Below are positions 1 to 9,355 of a stretch of DNA of 64,000 nucleotides, piece after piece (the first letter of the stretch is position 1; the number at the start of each line of letters is the position of its first letter). Where the stretch lies: assembly GCA_019244185.1 (NCBI GenBank), contig JAFATB010000006.1, forward strand, positions 1 to 64,000. The letters run 5' to 3'. The notes below the pieces were generated by a model. The model made no database searches. It was not told the DNA's origin and saw only the letters and a list, made by a program, of their open reading frames with translations. This DNA is from Acidobacteriota bacterium (GTDB lineage Bacteria; Acidobacteriota; Thermoanaerobaculia; Gp7-AA8). Both the position numbers and the translations under genes were made by a program.

Positions 1-2
1 CG

Positions 3-3000
3 TTCGCGATCGAATCGGGCAGCAAGGGCGGTCCGCGCACGAGCCGGATCAGTGTCGAGCGCGCCGAGATCAACGTCGCGGTCGATCCGACGTGGTTCAA
101 GATGCCCGCCGGCGCGGTCGCGCGCGTGATCATGCCTCCCGCGGGCGAAGTGAAGCCGGAGCCGATCAACGTGCCGGCGCCGGCGGGCCGGGCCGCCTTC
201 GACTCGGGCACGATCGCGGGCCTGCGCGCGCGCAACATCGGCTCGGCGGCGATGAGCGGCCGCATCGCGGCGGTCGCGGCCACGCACGACGGCGGCAAGA
301 CGACGGTGTTCGTCGGCGCAGCCTCCGGCGGCGTGTGGCGCAGCTACGACGACGGCACGACGTTCAAGCCGGTGTTCGACAAGCAGGCCGTGCAGTCGAT
401 CGGCGCGATCGCGATCGATCCGAGCAACCCGAAGACGGTCTGGGTCGGCACGGGCGAGGGCTGGACGCGCAACTCGACGTCGTTCGGCGACGGCATCTAC
501 AAGAGCACCGACGGCGGCGAGACCTGGAAGAACATGGGTCTGCCCGAGAGCGAGCGGATCACGAAGATCGTCGTGCATCCCAAGAACAGCAACATCGTGT
601 ACGCGTGCGTGCCGGGCAAGCTGTGGAGCGACTCCGCGGATCGCGGCCTCTACAAGACCAGCGACGGCGGCGCGACGTGGCAGCTCGTGCTCAAGGGCGC
701 AAACCTGTCGACGGGGTGCTCGGGGATCACGATGGATCCGTCGAACCCCGACGCGCTGCTCGCCGGCATGTGGGACTTCCGCCGCAAGGGCTGGACGTTC
801 CGTTCCGGCGGTGACGGCGCGAACGCGTCGAGCGGCAGCGGCCTGTTCAAGTCGACCGACGGCGGCGCCACGTGGCGCGAGCTCTCCGACAAGAACATCA
901 AAGGATTGCCGCCGAAGCCGTGGGGCCGCGTCGCGGTTACGGTCGCGCCGTCGAAGCCGAACGTCGTCTACGCGTTCATCGAGGCGGTGCCGCCGCGGAA
1001 CGCGCTCTATCGCTCCGATGACGGCGGCGAAACGTGGTCGATGCTCGACCGCAGCCAGATGATGATCTGGCGCCCGTTCTACTTCGCGAACCTCATCGTC
1101 GATCCGAACGACGAGAACAAGATCTACAAAGTCGGCGGCGGTCTCATCGTCAGCAACGACGGCGGCAAGAGCTTCAGCGGCATCGCCGGCGGCGCGCACG
1201 GCGACTTCCACGACGTCTGGATCGACCCGCAGAACAGCGACCGGCTCATCACCGGCGACGACGGCGGCCTCTGGTACTCGTACGACGCCGGCAACCGCTG
1301 GTGGAAGGCGAACAACCTGCCGATCTCTCAGTTCTACCACGTGAGCGTCGACATGGACGCGCCGTATCACGTGTACGGCGGCCTGCAGGACAACAGCTCG
1401 TGGGTCGGTGACTCGCAGTATCCGGGCGGCGTCACGAACTCGCGCTGGGAGAACTTCTTCGGCGGCGACGGCTTCTGGATGTGGGCCGATCCGAGCGACA
1501 ACGACTACATCTACGCCGAGGCGCAGGGCGGCGAGATCGGACGCGTCAATCGCAAGACGCACGAGACGCGCGGCATCAAGCCGCTGCCGCACTACAACGA
1601 GGGCAAGCTGCGCTTCAACTGGAACACGCCGATCATGGTCAGCCCGAATCAGAAGGGCACGATCTATCTCGGCTCGCAGTTCCTCTTCCGCTCCAGGGAC
1701 CACGGCCAGACGTGGGAGCGCATCTCGCCTGATCTAACGACGAACGATCCGCAGAAGCAGAAGCAGGAAGAGTCGGGCGGCGTGAGCATCGACAACTCGT
1801 CCGCGGAGATGCACACCACGATCTACGCGATCTCGGAGTCGCCGCGGAACGGCGACGTGATCTGGGTCGGCACCGACGACGGCAACGTGCAGGTCACGCG
1901 CGACGGCGGCAAGTCGTGGACGAACGTCGTCGGCAACATCACCGGTCTGGCGAAGAACGCGTGGGTGTCGTACGTCGATACGGGCCATCAGAACGACAGC
2001 ACCGCGTACGCGACGTTCGACCTGCACAACTTCGGCGACATGCAGCCGTACGCGTACAAGACCACCGACTTCGGCAAGACGTGGACGTCGCTGATCCCGA
2101 GCGACGCGCCCGTGCGCGGCTACGCGCACGTCATCAAGGAAGATCCCGTCAATCCGAACCTGCTGTATCTCGGCACCGAGTTCGGCCTCTGGATCTCGCT
2201 CGACGGCGGCAAGCAGTGGGCACAGTACAAGGGCGGCGATCTGCCGAACGTGGCCGTGCGCGACGTGGCCATTCATCCGCGCGACAACGATCTCGTGATC
2301 GCCACGCACGGCCGCGGCATCTGGATCGTCGACGACATCACGCCGCTGCGCGCGCTCACGCCGGACATGCTGAGCAAGGACATCGCGTTCCTCTCGACGC
2401 AGCCGGCCGTGCAGACGATCAACAGCTTCGGCGGCTGGCCGGAAGGCGACGCGACCTACACCGGCCCGAACCAGCAGGGCGGCGCGACCATCACGTACTA
2501 CCAGCGCCGGCGCCACGTCTTCGGCGACCTGGCGATGGAAGTGGTCGGGCCCGACGGCAAGCAGGTCGCGACCGTGCCGAGCAGCAAGCGCCGCGGCCTC
2601 AATCGCGTGAACTGGCCGATGACGCTGAAGGCGCCGCACGTGCCGCCCGCCGCGACCGGCGCGTTCGGCGCGGCCGTCGGCCCGCGCGTGCTTCCCGGCG
2701 AGTACACGGTGAAGATGACGAAGGACCGCAACGTCTACACGACGAAGCTCGACGTCGTCCTCGATCCGCGCGCGACGTACACGGCCGCGGACCGGCAGCA
2801 GCAGTTCGAGCTCGCGACGAAGCTGCACACGCAGCTCGAGAACATGACCTACGCCGTCGAGGAGATCAACGGCGTGAAGTCGGCGCTCGACGACCGCGCG
2901 TCGAAGCTGCCCGCGAACGACGCGCTCGCGAAGAAGCTGCGCGCCGCGTCCGATCAGGTCGACACCCTGCGCCGCAAGATCGTGGCGACGAAGGAAGGCG

Positions 3001-3311
3001 GCATGATCACCGGCGAAGAGCGCCTGCGCGAATTCCTCGCGTCGCTGTACGGCGAAGTGGTCGGCTACGAAGGCCGCCCGTCCGCAACGCAGGTCGAGCG
3101 CACCGAAGCGATCACGCACGAGCTCTCCGACGTGATGACCGCGTTCGACGCGTGGGTCGCGAAACAGCTCCCGCCGATCAACGCCGCGCTCGCGAAGAAG
3201 AAGCTCCCGAAGATCGAGCCGCTCACCCGCACCCAGTGGGACAAGCAGCAGATGGCAAGCGCCGGCGGCGGATCGACCGCCGTCGCCGCGAATCCGTTCG
3301 AGCGCGACTGA
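3..3311 (+). CDS. VPS10/sortilin-like BNR (Asp-box) beta-propeller protein, 5'-partial, apparently fused to an upstream LolA-like domain
   Basis: Repeated SxDGGxTW Asp-boxes, VYGGLQDN, RFNWNTP and ATHGRG motifs. The frame is open from base 3 (FAIESGSKGGPRTSRISVERAEINVAVDPTWFKMP), so the ATG at 102 is probably not the true start. Confidence 0.85.
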   Translation, partial: FAIESGSKGGPRTSRISVERAEINVAVDPTWFKMPAGAVARVIMPPAGEVKPEPINVPAPAGRAAFDSGTIAGLRARNIGSAAMSGRIAAVAATHDGGKTTVFVGAASGGVWRSYDDGTTFKPVFDKQAVQSIGAIAIDPSNPKTVWVGTGEGWTRNSTSFGDGIYKSTDGGETWKNMGLPESERITKIVVHPKNSNIVYACVPGKLWSDSADRGLYKTSDGGATWQLVLKGANLSTGCSGITMDPSNPDALLAGMWDFRRKGWTFRSGGDGANASSGSGLFKSTDGGATWRELSDKNIKGLPPKPWGRVAVTVAPSKPNVVYAFIEAVPPRNALYRSDDGGETWSMLDRSQMMIWRPFYFANLIVDPNDENKIYKVGGGLIVSNDGGKSFSGIAGGAHGDFHDVWIDPQNSDRLITGDDGGLWYSYDAGNRWWKANNLPISQFYHVSVDMDAPYHVYGGLQDNSSWVGDSQYPGGVTNSRWENFFGGDGFWMWADPSDNDYIYAEAQGGEIGRVNRKTHETRGIKPLPHYNEGKLRFNWNTPIMVSPNQKGTIYLGSQFLFRSRDHGQTWERISPDLTTNDPQKQKQEESGGVSIDNSSAEMHTTIYAISESPRNGDVIWVGTDDGNVQVTRDGGKSWTNVVGNITGLAKNAWVSYVDTGHQNDSTAYATFDLHNFGDMQPYAYKTTDFGKTWTSLIPSDAPVRGYAHVIKEDPVNPNLLYLGTEFGLWISLDGGKQWAQYKGGDLPNVAVRDVAIHPRDNDLVIATHGRGIWIVDDITPLRALTPDMLSKDIAFLSTQPAVQTINSFGGWPEGDATYTGPNQQGGATITYYQRRRHVFGDLAMEVVGPDGKQVATVPSSKRRGLNRVNWPMTLKAPHVPPAATGAFGAAVGPRVLPGEYTVKMTKDRNVYTTKLDVVLDPRATYTAADRQQQFELATKLHTQLENMTYAVEEINGVKSALDDRASKLPANDALAKKLRAASDQVDTLRRKIVATKEGGMITGEERLREFLASLYGEVVGYEGRPSATQVERTEAITHELSDVMTAFDAWVAKQLPPINAALAKKKLPKIEPLTRTQWDKQQMASAGGGSTAVAANPFERD

Positions 3312-3331
3312 GGTTTACGTCTCTCCCCTCG

Positions 3332-3361
3332 CGGAGCGGCGGGCGTTCGCCCGCCGCTCCG
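3332..3361 (+). terminator. GC-rich hairpin after the VPS10-like gene
   Basis: Perfect 13-bp stem cggagcggcgggc/gcccgccgctccg with loop gttc; weak U-tract. Confidence 0.6.
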
Positions 3362-3436
3362 TTACCGTTCGGCCGAGATCACGATTGACAGAACGGGAAA
3401 TGGGAACGAATTTGACCTCGTTGGAGAAAGGCGAGC

Positions 3437-3796
3437 ATGCCTAGCCTGAGCGTTGATGAGCTCGTTCAACTCGCGGGAACCCGCCTCACGCGAACGGCGT
3501 CCGATGGCGATACGAGCTGGCGCTCCATCGTTGCAGACGTCAACGAAGCGGGGCTGGTCATCGTGACCAAGCACGATGAGCCCGAAGCAGTGGTGCTTTC
3601 CGTCGAACAGTTTGCTGAGCTGACGAAACGCGCGGCCGTAGCGGATGCGTTGACGGAGCTCCGGACGAAGTGGGACGGCGAACTGGCCTGGCTGAACGAA
3701 CCTGCGGCATCGCAGGAGTTGATGGAGATCTTCCGCTCCACCCCCGAGGAGATCGCCGCGTCGGCGAACGCGGTCGCAGCGCGTCGTGGCAAGTGA
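3437..3796 (+). CDS. Phd/YefM-like antitoxin
   Basis: 119 aa; TASD..W..IV..V...G.VIVTKHDEPEAVVLS pattern; overlaps the downstream P-loop gene. Confidence 0.65.
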   Translation: MPSLSVDELVQLAGTRLTRTASDGDTSWRSIVADVNEAGLVIVTKHDEPEAVVLSVEQFAELTKRAAVADALTELRTKWDGELAWLNEPAASQELMEIFRSTPEEIAASANAVAARRGK

Positions 3797-4436
3797 TCCG
3801 TCCGACGCGCCCACGATCTTCGTCCTGGCCGGCGTGAACGGCGCTGGTAAGAGTTCGGTCGGCGGCGCGCGCCTGAAAGACTTGGGTCGGGACTACTTCA
3901 ATCCCGACGTCGTAGCGAGAGAGATCCGCGAGACGACCGGCTGTTCTCTGGAAGAAGCGAACTCCCAAGCATGGCAGGAAGGCAAACGCCGGCTCGAGCA
4001 GGCGATCCGCGCACGCCGGAACTTCGCGTTTGAATCGACACTGGGCGCGCACACCATGCCGGCGATTCTGACTGACGCTGCCCGTCAGGGCTTTCGCGTC
4101 GTGGTGTGGTTCGTGGGCCTCTCATCGCCGGAAAAGCACATCGAGCGCGTGCGACTCCGCGTCGAGGCCGGCGGTCACGACATTCCGGAAGCGAAGATCC
4201 GCGACCGCTGGAACACCTCCCGGCAAAACATCATCGATCTCCTGCCGTCGCTCGAAGAGCTCAAGGTCTTCGACAACAGTGCCGATCGCGATCCCGTCAC
4301 TGGTGAGCTTCCACCGCCACGCCTCTTGCTGCACTGGCGCAATGGCGCTGTCGTTGAATCCGCGGCAGAGCCTCCGGAGTGGGCGAAACCGATCCTCGAC
4401 AGCGCGCACGCTCTCGAGCGGCAGCGCAAGGGCTGA
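3786..4436 (+). CDS. Zeta-toxin-like / COG4185 P-loop kinase-ATPase
   Basis: LAGVNGAGKSS Walker A, FNPD, FAFESTL, RV..GGHDIPE..IR.RW and FDNS motifs. Confidence 0.8.
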   Translation: MASDPSDAPTIFVLAGVNGAGKSSVGGARLKDLGRDYFNPDVVAREIRETTGCSLEEANSQAWQEGKRRLEQAIRARRNFAFESTLGAHTMPAILTDAARQGFRVVVWFVGLSSPEKHIERVRLRVEAGGHDIPEAKIRDRWNTSRQNIIDLLPSLEELKVFDNSADRDPVTGELPPPRLLLHWRNGAVVESAAEPPEWAKPILDSAHALERQRKG

Positions 4437-4493
4437 CGCGACTCGCAATACACGCGTAGTGCGGCGCGAGCGTCCTCGCCCGCGCCGCACGCG

Positions 4494-5468
4494 TCAGCGA
4501 TTCACGGTGGCCATGTTCGGATAGCGGTCGCCCGCCGTCACGCCTTTCGGCGCGACCTCGTCGATGCGGGCGAGGTCTTCCGGCGAGAGCTCGATGTCGG
4601 CGGCCTTCGCGTTCTCCTCGAGATGGGCGATGCGCTTGCTGCCGGGGATCGGCACGATGTCGTCGCCCTGCGCGAGCAGCCACGCGATCGCGAGCTGCGC
4701 GGGCGTCACGCCTTTCTCCTTCGCGATCGTCTCGATGCGCTTCACGAGCTCGAGGTTCTTCGCGAAGTTCTCGCCCTGGAAGCGCGGCGAGTTGCGGCGG
4801 TAATCGTCCGGCTCGAGATCGTCCATCGTCTTGAACTTGCCGGAGAGAAAGCCGCGGCCGATCGGGCTGTACGCGACAAAGCCGATGCCGAGCTCGCGCA
4901 CGGTCGGCAGGATCTCATCCTCGGGATCGCGGCTCCAGAGCGAGTACTCGGTCTGCAGCGCGGTGATCGGATGCACCTTGTGCGCGCGGCGGATCGTCTG
5001 CGGTGCGGCTTCGGAGAGTCCGAGGTACCGCACCTTGCCCGCCTGCACGAGCTCGGACATCGCGCCGACCGTCTCCTCGATCGGCACGCTCGTGTCGACG
5101 CGGTGCTGGTAGTAGAGATCGATGTGATCGACGCCGAGGCGCTGGAGCGAGCCGTCACACGCGGCGCGCACGTATTCGGGGCGGCCGTTGATGCCGATCC
5201 AGCCGCCGTCTTCGCGGCGCTGGTTGCCGAACTTCGTGGCGACCACGACTTCGTCGCGGCGGTCGCGGATCGCGCGGCCGACGAGCTTCTCGTTCGTGAA
5301 CGGGCCGTACATGTCGGCCGTGTCGAGGAAGTTCACGCCGATGGCGAGTGCGCGGTGGATGGTGGCGATCGATTCGGCATCGTCGCGCGAGCCATAGAAC
5401 TCGGACATGCCCATGCAGCCGAGGCCGAGGGCGGAGACTTCGAGAGAGGCGAGCTTGCGGTGTCTCAT
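4494..5468 (-). CDS. Aldo/keto reductase
   Basis: [28 protein letters not shown] and IPGSK motifs; start taken at MRHRKL. Confidence 0.95.
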   Translation of the reverse strand: MRHRKLASLEVSALGLGCMGMSEFYGSRDDAESIATIHRALAIGVNFLDTADMYGPFTNEKLVGRAIRDRRDEVVVATKFGNQRREDGGWIGINGRPEYVRAACDGSLQRLGVDHIDLYYQHRVDTSVPIEETVGAMSELVQAGKVRYLGLSEAAPQTIRRAHKVHPITALQTEYSLWSRDPEDEILPTVRELGIGFVAYSPIGRGFLSGKFKTMDDLEPDDYRRNSPRFQGENFAKNLELVKRIETIAKEKGVTPAQLAIAWLLAQGDDIVPIPGSKRIAHLEENAKAADIELSPEDLARIDEVAPKGVTAGDRYPNMATVNR

Positions 5469-5500
5469 TGCGGTTCGCGGCGGTGCATACTGCGTGCTGA

Positions 5501-6004
5501 ATGACGGCTGCCGAACAGGTCCATGCGATCCATCACCCCGCACCGGCACTGTTCCGATACTACATCCTGCGCTCGTTGCTCGTCGGGCCGCTCTTTTTCG
5601 TCCCGCTCATCTACTTCTACTTCCGCTACCACACGATGCGCTACGACTTCGACGAGGAAGGGATCTCGATGCGCTGGGGCATCCTCTTCCGCCGCGAGAT
5701 CACGCTGACGTACGCGCGCATCCAGGACATTCATCTGACCAGCAACCTCGTCGAGCGCTGGCTCTCGCTCGCGCGCATCCAGATCCAGACGGCGAGCGCG
5801 AGCGCTGCCGCGGAGATGACGATCGAGGGACTGCACGAGTTCGAGCTCGTGCGCGACTTCCTCTACACGAAGATGCGCGGCGTGCGCGGCGGCGCCGCAC
5901 CGCAACACGTCGAGACGCCCGCGCACGACGCGAGCCTCGCCGCCGCGTTGCGCGAGGTCGCGTCGGAGCTGCGCGCGGTGCGCGAGGCGCTGGAGAAGCG
6001 ATGA
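5501..6004 (+). CDS. Membrane-associated bacterial PH-domain (bPH_2/YdbS-like) protein
   Basis: TM segment, then RY...[17 protein letters not shown]...[15 protein letters not shown]. Confidence 0.85.
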   Translation: MTAAEQVHAIHHPAPALFRYYILRSLLVGPLFFVPLIYFYFRYHTMRYDFDEEGISMRWGILFRREITLTYARIQDIHLTSNLVERWLSLARIQIQTASASAAAEMTIEGLHEFELVRDFLYTKMRGVRGGAAPQHVETPAHDASLAAALREVASELRAVREALEKR

Positions 6005-6783
6005 ACTGGCGGCCGCCCGTGCTGCGGCTCATGCGCGTGCCGCACGAGCCCACGCCCCCGCCCGGCTCGCCGCCGCGCGTCTTCCGCGCCGCGCCGAACT
6101 TCCTCGCGCTGCGCGCGTTCGAGTTCGGACTCAAGCAGCTCGTAGCGATCATCGGTCTCACGTTCGCGGTGATGTTCTCCGTCCTCACGCTCGACCGCTT
6201 CGATCCTCCGCGCTGGGTGCTCCTCATCATTCACCTCGGCGAAGTCGTCGCCGGACTGGCCATCGTCGGCGAGATCTTCCTCGGCTGGATGCTCGTACGT
6301 CTCGATTACGAGCTGCGCTGGTACATGCTGTCCGATCGCGCGATCCGCATTCGCGAAGGCATCACCACCGTGCGCGAAAAGACGGTGGCGCTCGCGAACA
6401 TTCAGAACATTTCGATCAAGCAAGGCCCGCTGCAGCGATTCCTCAAGATCGCCGACGTGGAGGTCAACACGGCGGGCGGCGGCGGCTCCTCGGCGCGGCA
6501 GCCGGGAAAGAAGCAAGTCGCCGAGCCGATGCACGTCGCGTACTTTCGCGGCGTCGACAACGCGGAGCAGATCCGCGACCTGCTGCTCGAAGGCGTGCGG
6601 CGGCAGAAAGACGCGGGACTCGGCGATCCCGACGACGCGCATCACGCGCCGGCAGTCGTCGCGCCGGTGGCGGAGGTTGACGATGTCAACGCCGCCGTCG
6701 CCGAACTGCTCGCCGCATCGCGCGCGCTGCGCATCGCGGCGAGCATGCCGCAGGCGGCATGGCGCGCGGCGCCGCCGGAGTAG
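6001..6783 (+). CDS. Membrane-associated bacterial PH-domain (bPH_2) protein
   Basis: Two TMs, then IREGI..VREKT..LANIQNISI.QGPLQR.L.IADVEV.TAGGG; start overlaps the upstream stop (ATGA). Confidence 0.85.
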   Translation: MNWRPPVLRLMRVPHEPTPPPGSPPRVFRAAPNFLALRAFEFGLKQLVAIIGLTFAVMFSVLTLDRFDPPRWVLLIIHLGEVVAGLAIVGEIFLGWMLVRLDYELRWYMLSDRAIRIREGITTVREKTVALANIQNISIKQGPLQRFLKIADVEVNTAGGGGSSARQPGKKQVAEPMHVAYFRGVDNAEQIRDLLLEGVRRQKDAGLGDPDDAHHAPAVVAPVAEVDDVNAAVAELLAASRALRIAASMPQAAWRAAPPE

Positions 6784-7013
6784 CGGCGCACGACCGGCAC
6801 ATCGAGCGTGGAAGCGGGTGGGCTCAACGTCGCGACGCGCGTCACGCGCCGCGTGCAGTCGTCGCGTCCATTGCGACCGATGACGATGTCAACGCGGCCG
6901 TCGCCGAACTGCTCGCGGAGTCGCGCGCGCTGCGCATCGCGGCGAGCATGCCACAGGCGGCGTGGCGCGCGGCGCCGCCGGAGTAGCGGCGCACGACGGG
7001 CACGTCGAGCGTG
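6642..7013. repeat. Imperfect ~170-bp direct duplication (6642-6810 and 6842-7013)
   Basis: gacgatgtcaacgc...gagtagcggcgcacgac.ggcac.tcgagcgtg occurs twice, ~200 bp apart. Confidence 0.9.
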
Positions 7014-7963
7014 CGCAGCTCGTCGCGGAAGCGCGCGAGCTCGGCGTCGGTGGCGCGGCGGTAGCCGTCTTCGCGCGTGTCATTCACGTCGATCAGATTC
7101 AGCCGCAGCGGAACGCCGTCGAAGAGGCGCCGCAGCGCGGCGACTTCGTCGCTGCCGGTGTTGATGCCGCCGAGGACGACCAAGGCGATGGTGATGCGTC
7201 CGCCGGTGGCGCGTTGATACGCGCGGATCGCATCCGCGAGCACGTCCACCGGCCACGCGGAGGCGGCGGGCAGCAGCTCGCGGCGGCGCGCGTCGATCGC
7301 GGACGTGAGCGACACGATGAGGCGATACGGCTTGCACTCGTCCGCGAGCTTCAGGATCGCGGGCACGAGGCCGACCGTCGAGATGGTGATCGCTTTCGCG
7401 GAGATGCGTCCGCCGCACGGATGCGCGAGGACCTCGGCGGCGTGGAGGACGTTCGCGTAGTTGTGCAGCGGCTCGCCTTGTCCCTGGAACACCGCGCCGG
7501 TGACGGCGCCCGGCGCCTCGTCGCGCACGGCGACGAACTGCGCGACGATCTCCCACGGCTCGAGGTGGCGCGTGAGCCCGAGGCGACCGGTCGCGCAAAA
7601 GGTGCAGCCCATCGCGCAGCCGGCCTGCGACGAGAGGCAGACCGTGAAGCGGCCGGGCGCCTCGAGCGGAATGCGCACCGCCTCGACGAGCGCGCCGTCG
7701 CGCAGACGGAAGAGGTACTTCACGAAGCCGTCGGAAGGATCGAGCGCGCGCTCGACGATCTCCAGCGGCTCGCGATCGGTCAACCTGTTGACCGCTTCCT
7801 CGACGTGCCGCGGCACGGGTCGCGATGCTGGAAAGCCGGCGCGCCCGTGCGCGACGACATGCGCGAGCACGCGCCGCGCCTCCGCGTCGCGAACGGCGAC
7901 GCCGTTCGCGAGCAGATGCGCGGCGAGCGCGTCGGCCAGCAGGCCGAAGAGATGCGGGCGCAT
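6842..7963 (-). CDS. RlmN/Cfr-family radical SAM methyltransferase-like protein (divergent)
   Basis: TVCLSSQAGCAMGCTFCATG (CxxxCxxC), QGQGEPL, ITISTVG and C-terminal AACGML. Confidence 0.85.
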   Translation of the reverse strand: MRPHLFGLLADALAAHLLANGVAVRDAEARRVLAHVVAHGRAGFPASRPVPRHVEEAVNRLTDREPLEIVERALDPSDGFVKYLFRLRDGALVEAVRIPLEAPGRFTVCLSSQAGCAMGCTFCATGRLGLTRHLEPWEIVAQFVAVRDEAPGAVTGAVFQGQGEPLHNYANVLHAAEVLAHPCGGRISAKAITISTVGLVPAILKLADECKPYRLIVSLTSAIDARRRELLPAASAWPVDVLADAIRAYQRATGGRITIALVVLGGINTGSDEVAALRRLFDGVPLRLNLIDVNDTREDGYRRATDAELARFRDELRTLDVPVVRRYSGGAARHAACGMLAAMRSARDSASSSATAALTSSSVAMDATTARGA

Positions 7964-7977
7964 GGGGGGATGGTAAA

Positions 7978-8086
7978 GCTGAATTGAGAACGCAGAACGC
8001 AGAACGCAGAATGTAGAAAAGGGGACCGGCGCGAGCCGTTCCCCTTTCTCAATTCTTCGTTCTGCGTTCTGCGTTCTTCATTCAGC
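7978..8086. repeat. Palindromic heptamer-repeat (gcagaac)n REP-like hairpin
   Basis: gctgaattgagaac(gcagaac)n...aggggaccggc-gcga-gccgttcccct...(gttctgc)n...ttcattcagc forms an imperfect inverted repeat. Confidence 0.8.
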
Positions 8087-8113
8087 CTTTCTCTACATCA
8101 CCTCCTTACCGGA

Positions 8114-8142
8114 AGGATATAAAGAAATCCTTAATCCGTAAA
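8114..8142 (-). promoter_or_regulatory. Sigma70-like promoter TTTACG-N17-TATCCT
   Basis: Minus-strand -35 at 8137-8142 and -10 at 8114-8119, with a 17-nt spacer in an AT-rich patch. Confidence 0.5.
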
Positions 8143-8146
8143 CTAT

Positions 8147-9355
8147 CTATTTCGTGTACACCGTTACTTCCGCGCTCGCGCCGACCGGCACGCGATCGGC
8201 GGCCGGTCCGGTCCACTTCACGCGCACGGGCACGCGCTGCACGACCTTCACGTAGTTGCCGCTGGCGTTGTCGGGCGGGAGCAGCGAGAACGTCGAGCCG
8301 GTGCCGCCGGAGAGGCTCTCCAGCGTGCCGTCGAACTCGCCGTCGACGGCGTCGACCTTCACTTTCGCGCGCTGGCCCGCGCGCATGGCGCGCACCTGCG
8401 TCTCCTTGAAGTTCGCGATGACGTAGGTCTGCAGCGGCACGAGCTGGACGATTGGCTGGCCCGCGGTGACGAGCGAGCCGGCGTGCACGGTGAGCTTTGA
8501 CGCGATGCCGTCGCGCGGCGCGGTGATGCGCGCGTACGAGAGGTTGAGCTGCGCGGCGGCGAGCGCGGCGCGTGCGGTGTCGACGCGCGCGTGTGCGAGC
8601 GCGTCGTCCGCTTCCGCGGCGCGGATCTGCGCGTCGACGGGCGCGGTCTGCTGCAGCCGGCCCACCGCCTGCTGCACGTCCGCCTCGGCCTGCTGCTTCG
8701 ACTGTTCCGCCGATGTCAGGTGCGCGCGCGCCTGCGCGAGCTCGGCCTGCGCGGCCTCGTTCGCGGCGCGCGCGGCGTCGACCTGCGACTTCGAGATGTC
8801 GCCCTTGCCGCCAAGCTCCTGCGCGCGCGACCAGTCGTTGCGCGCCTTGTCCGCGTTCGCCTGCGCGCGCGAGACGGCGGCGCGCGCTTCCGCGATCGCG
8901 CTCGACTGCGTGCCCACCTTCTGCTGCGAGCTCTGTACGGCTGCCTGCGCGGTGGTGAGGCCGCCGCGCGCGGTGGCGCGGGCGACGGAGAGGCGCGCGT
9001 CCGCGGCGTCCGCCTGCGCGCTCGCCGTGGCCAGCTCGCTCGTGGCCTGCTGCACCTTCACCTGCGCGTCGCGCGCGTCGAGCTGCACGAGCAGGTCGCC
9101 GGCGCGGACGTGCTGGTTGTCGTGCACGAACACTTGTTCGACCTGGCCGGGGATGCGCGGCGCGACGGCCACGACGTCCGCGGCCACCTGCGCGTCATCG
9201 GTCGATTCTTTGTTCGACGTCATCAGCGCATACGCGCCGTACGCGATGAGCAGCAGCACGACCACTGCCCCGAGAATCATGAACATCCGGCGCGCGCGTG
9301 CCTTCGGCAGCACGGGATCCGGACGGGTAGTTGAGCTCTGTTCCGACATCGTCAC
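8147..9355 (-). CDS. emrA: EmrA/HlyD-family membrane fusion protein
   Basis: STDDAQV, ANFKETQ and FSLLPPDNASGNYVKVVQRVPV motifs. Confidence 0.92.
   Translation of the reverse strand: MTMSEQSSTTRPDPVLPKARARRMFMILGAVVVLLLIAYGAYALMTSNKESTDDAQVAADVVAVAPRIPGQVEQVFVHDNQHVRAGDLLVQLDARDAQVKVQQATSELATASAQADAADARLSVARATARGGLTTAQAAVQSSQQKVGTQSSAIAEARAAVSRAQANADKARNDWSRAQELGGKGDISKSQVDAARAANEAAQAELAQARAHLTSAEQSKQQAEADVQQAVGRLQQTAPVDAQIRAAEADDALAHARVDTARAALAAAQLNLSYARITAPRDGIASKLTVHAGSLVTAGQPIVQLVPLQTYVIANFKETQVRAMRAGQRAKVKVDAVDGEFDGTLESLSGGTGSTFSLLPPDNASGNYVKVVQRVPVRVKWTGPAADRVPVGASAEVTVYTK

Noticed and set aside
7978-8086. Tandem repeats as a possible CRISPR array
   Set aside because: 7-nt units with no spacers, arranged as a hairpin; no cas genes.
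8097-8108. atcacctcctta as a 16S rRNA 3' fragment
   Set aside because: Only 12 nt match; the flanks are not rRNA-like.
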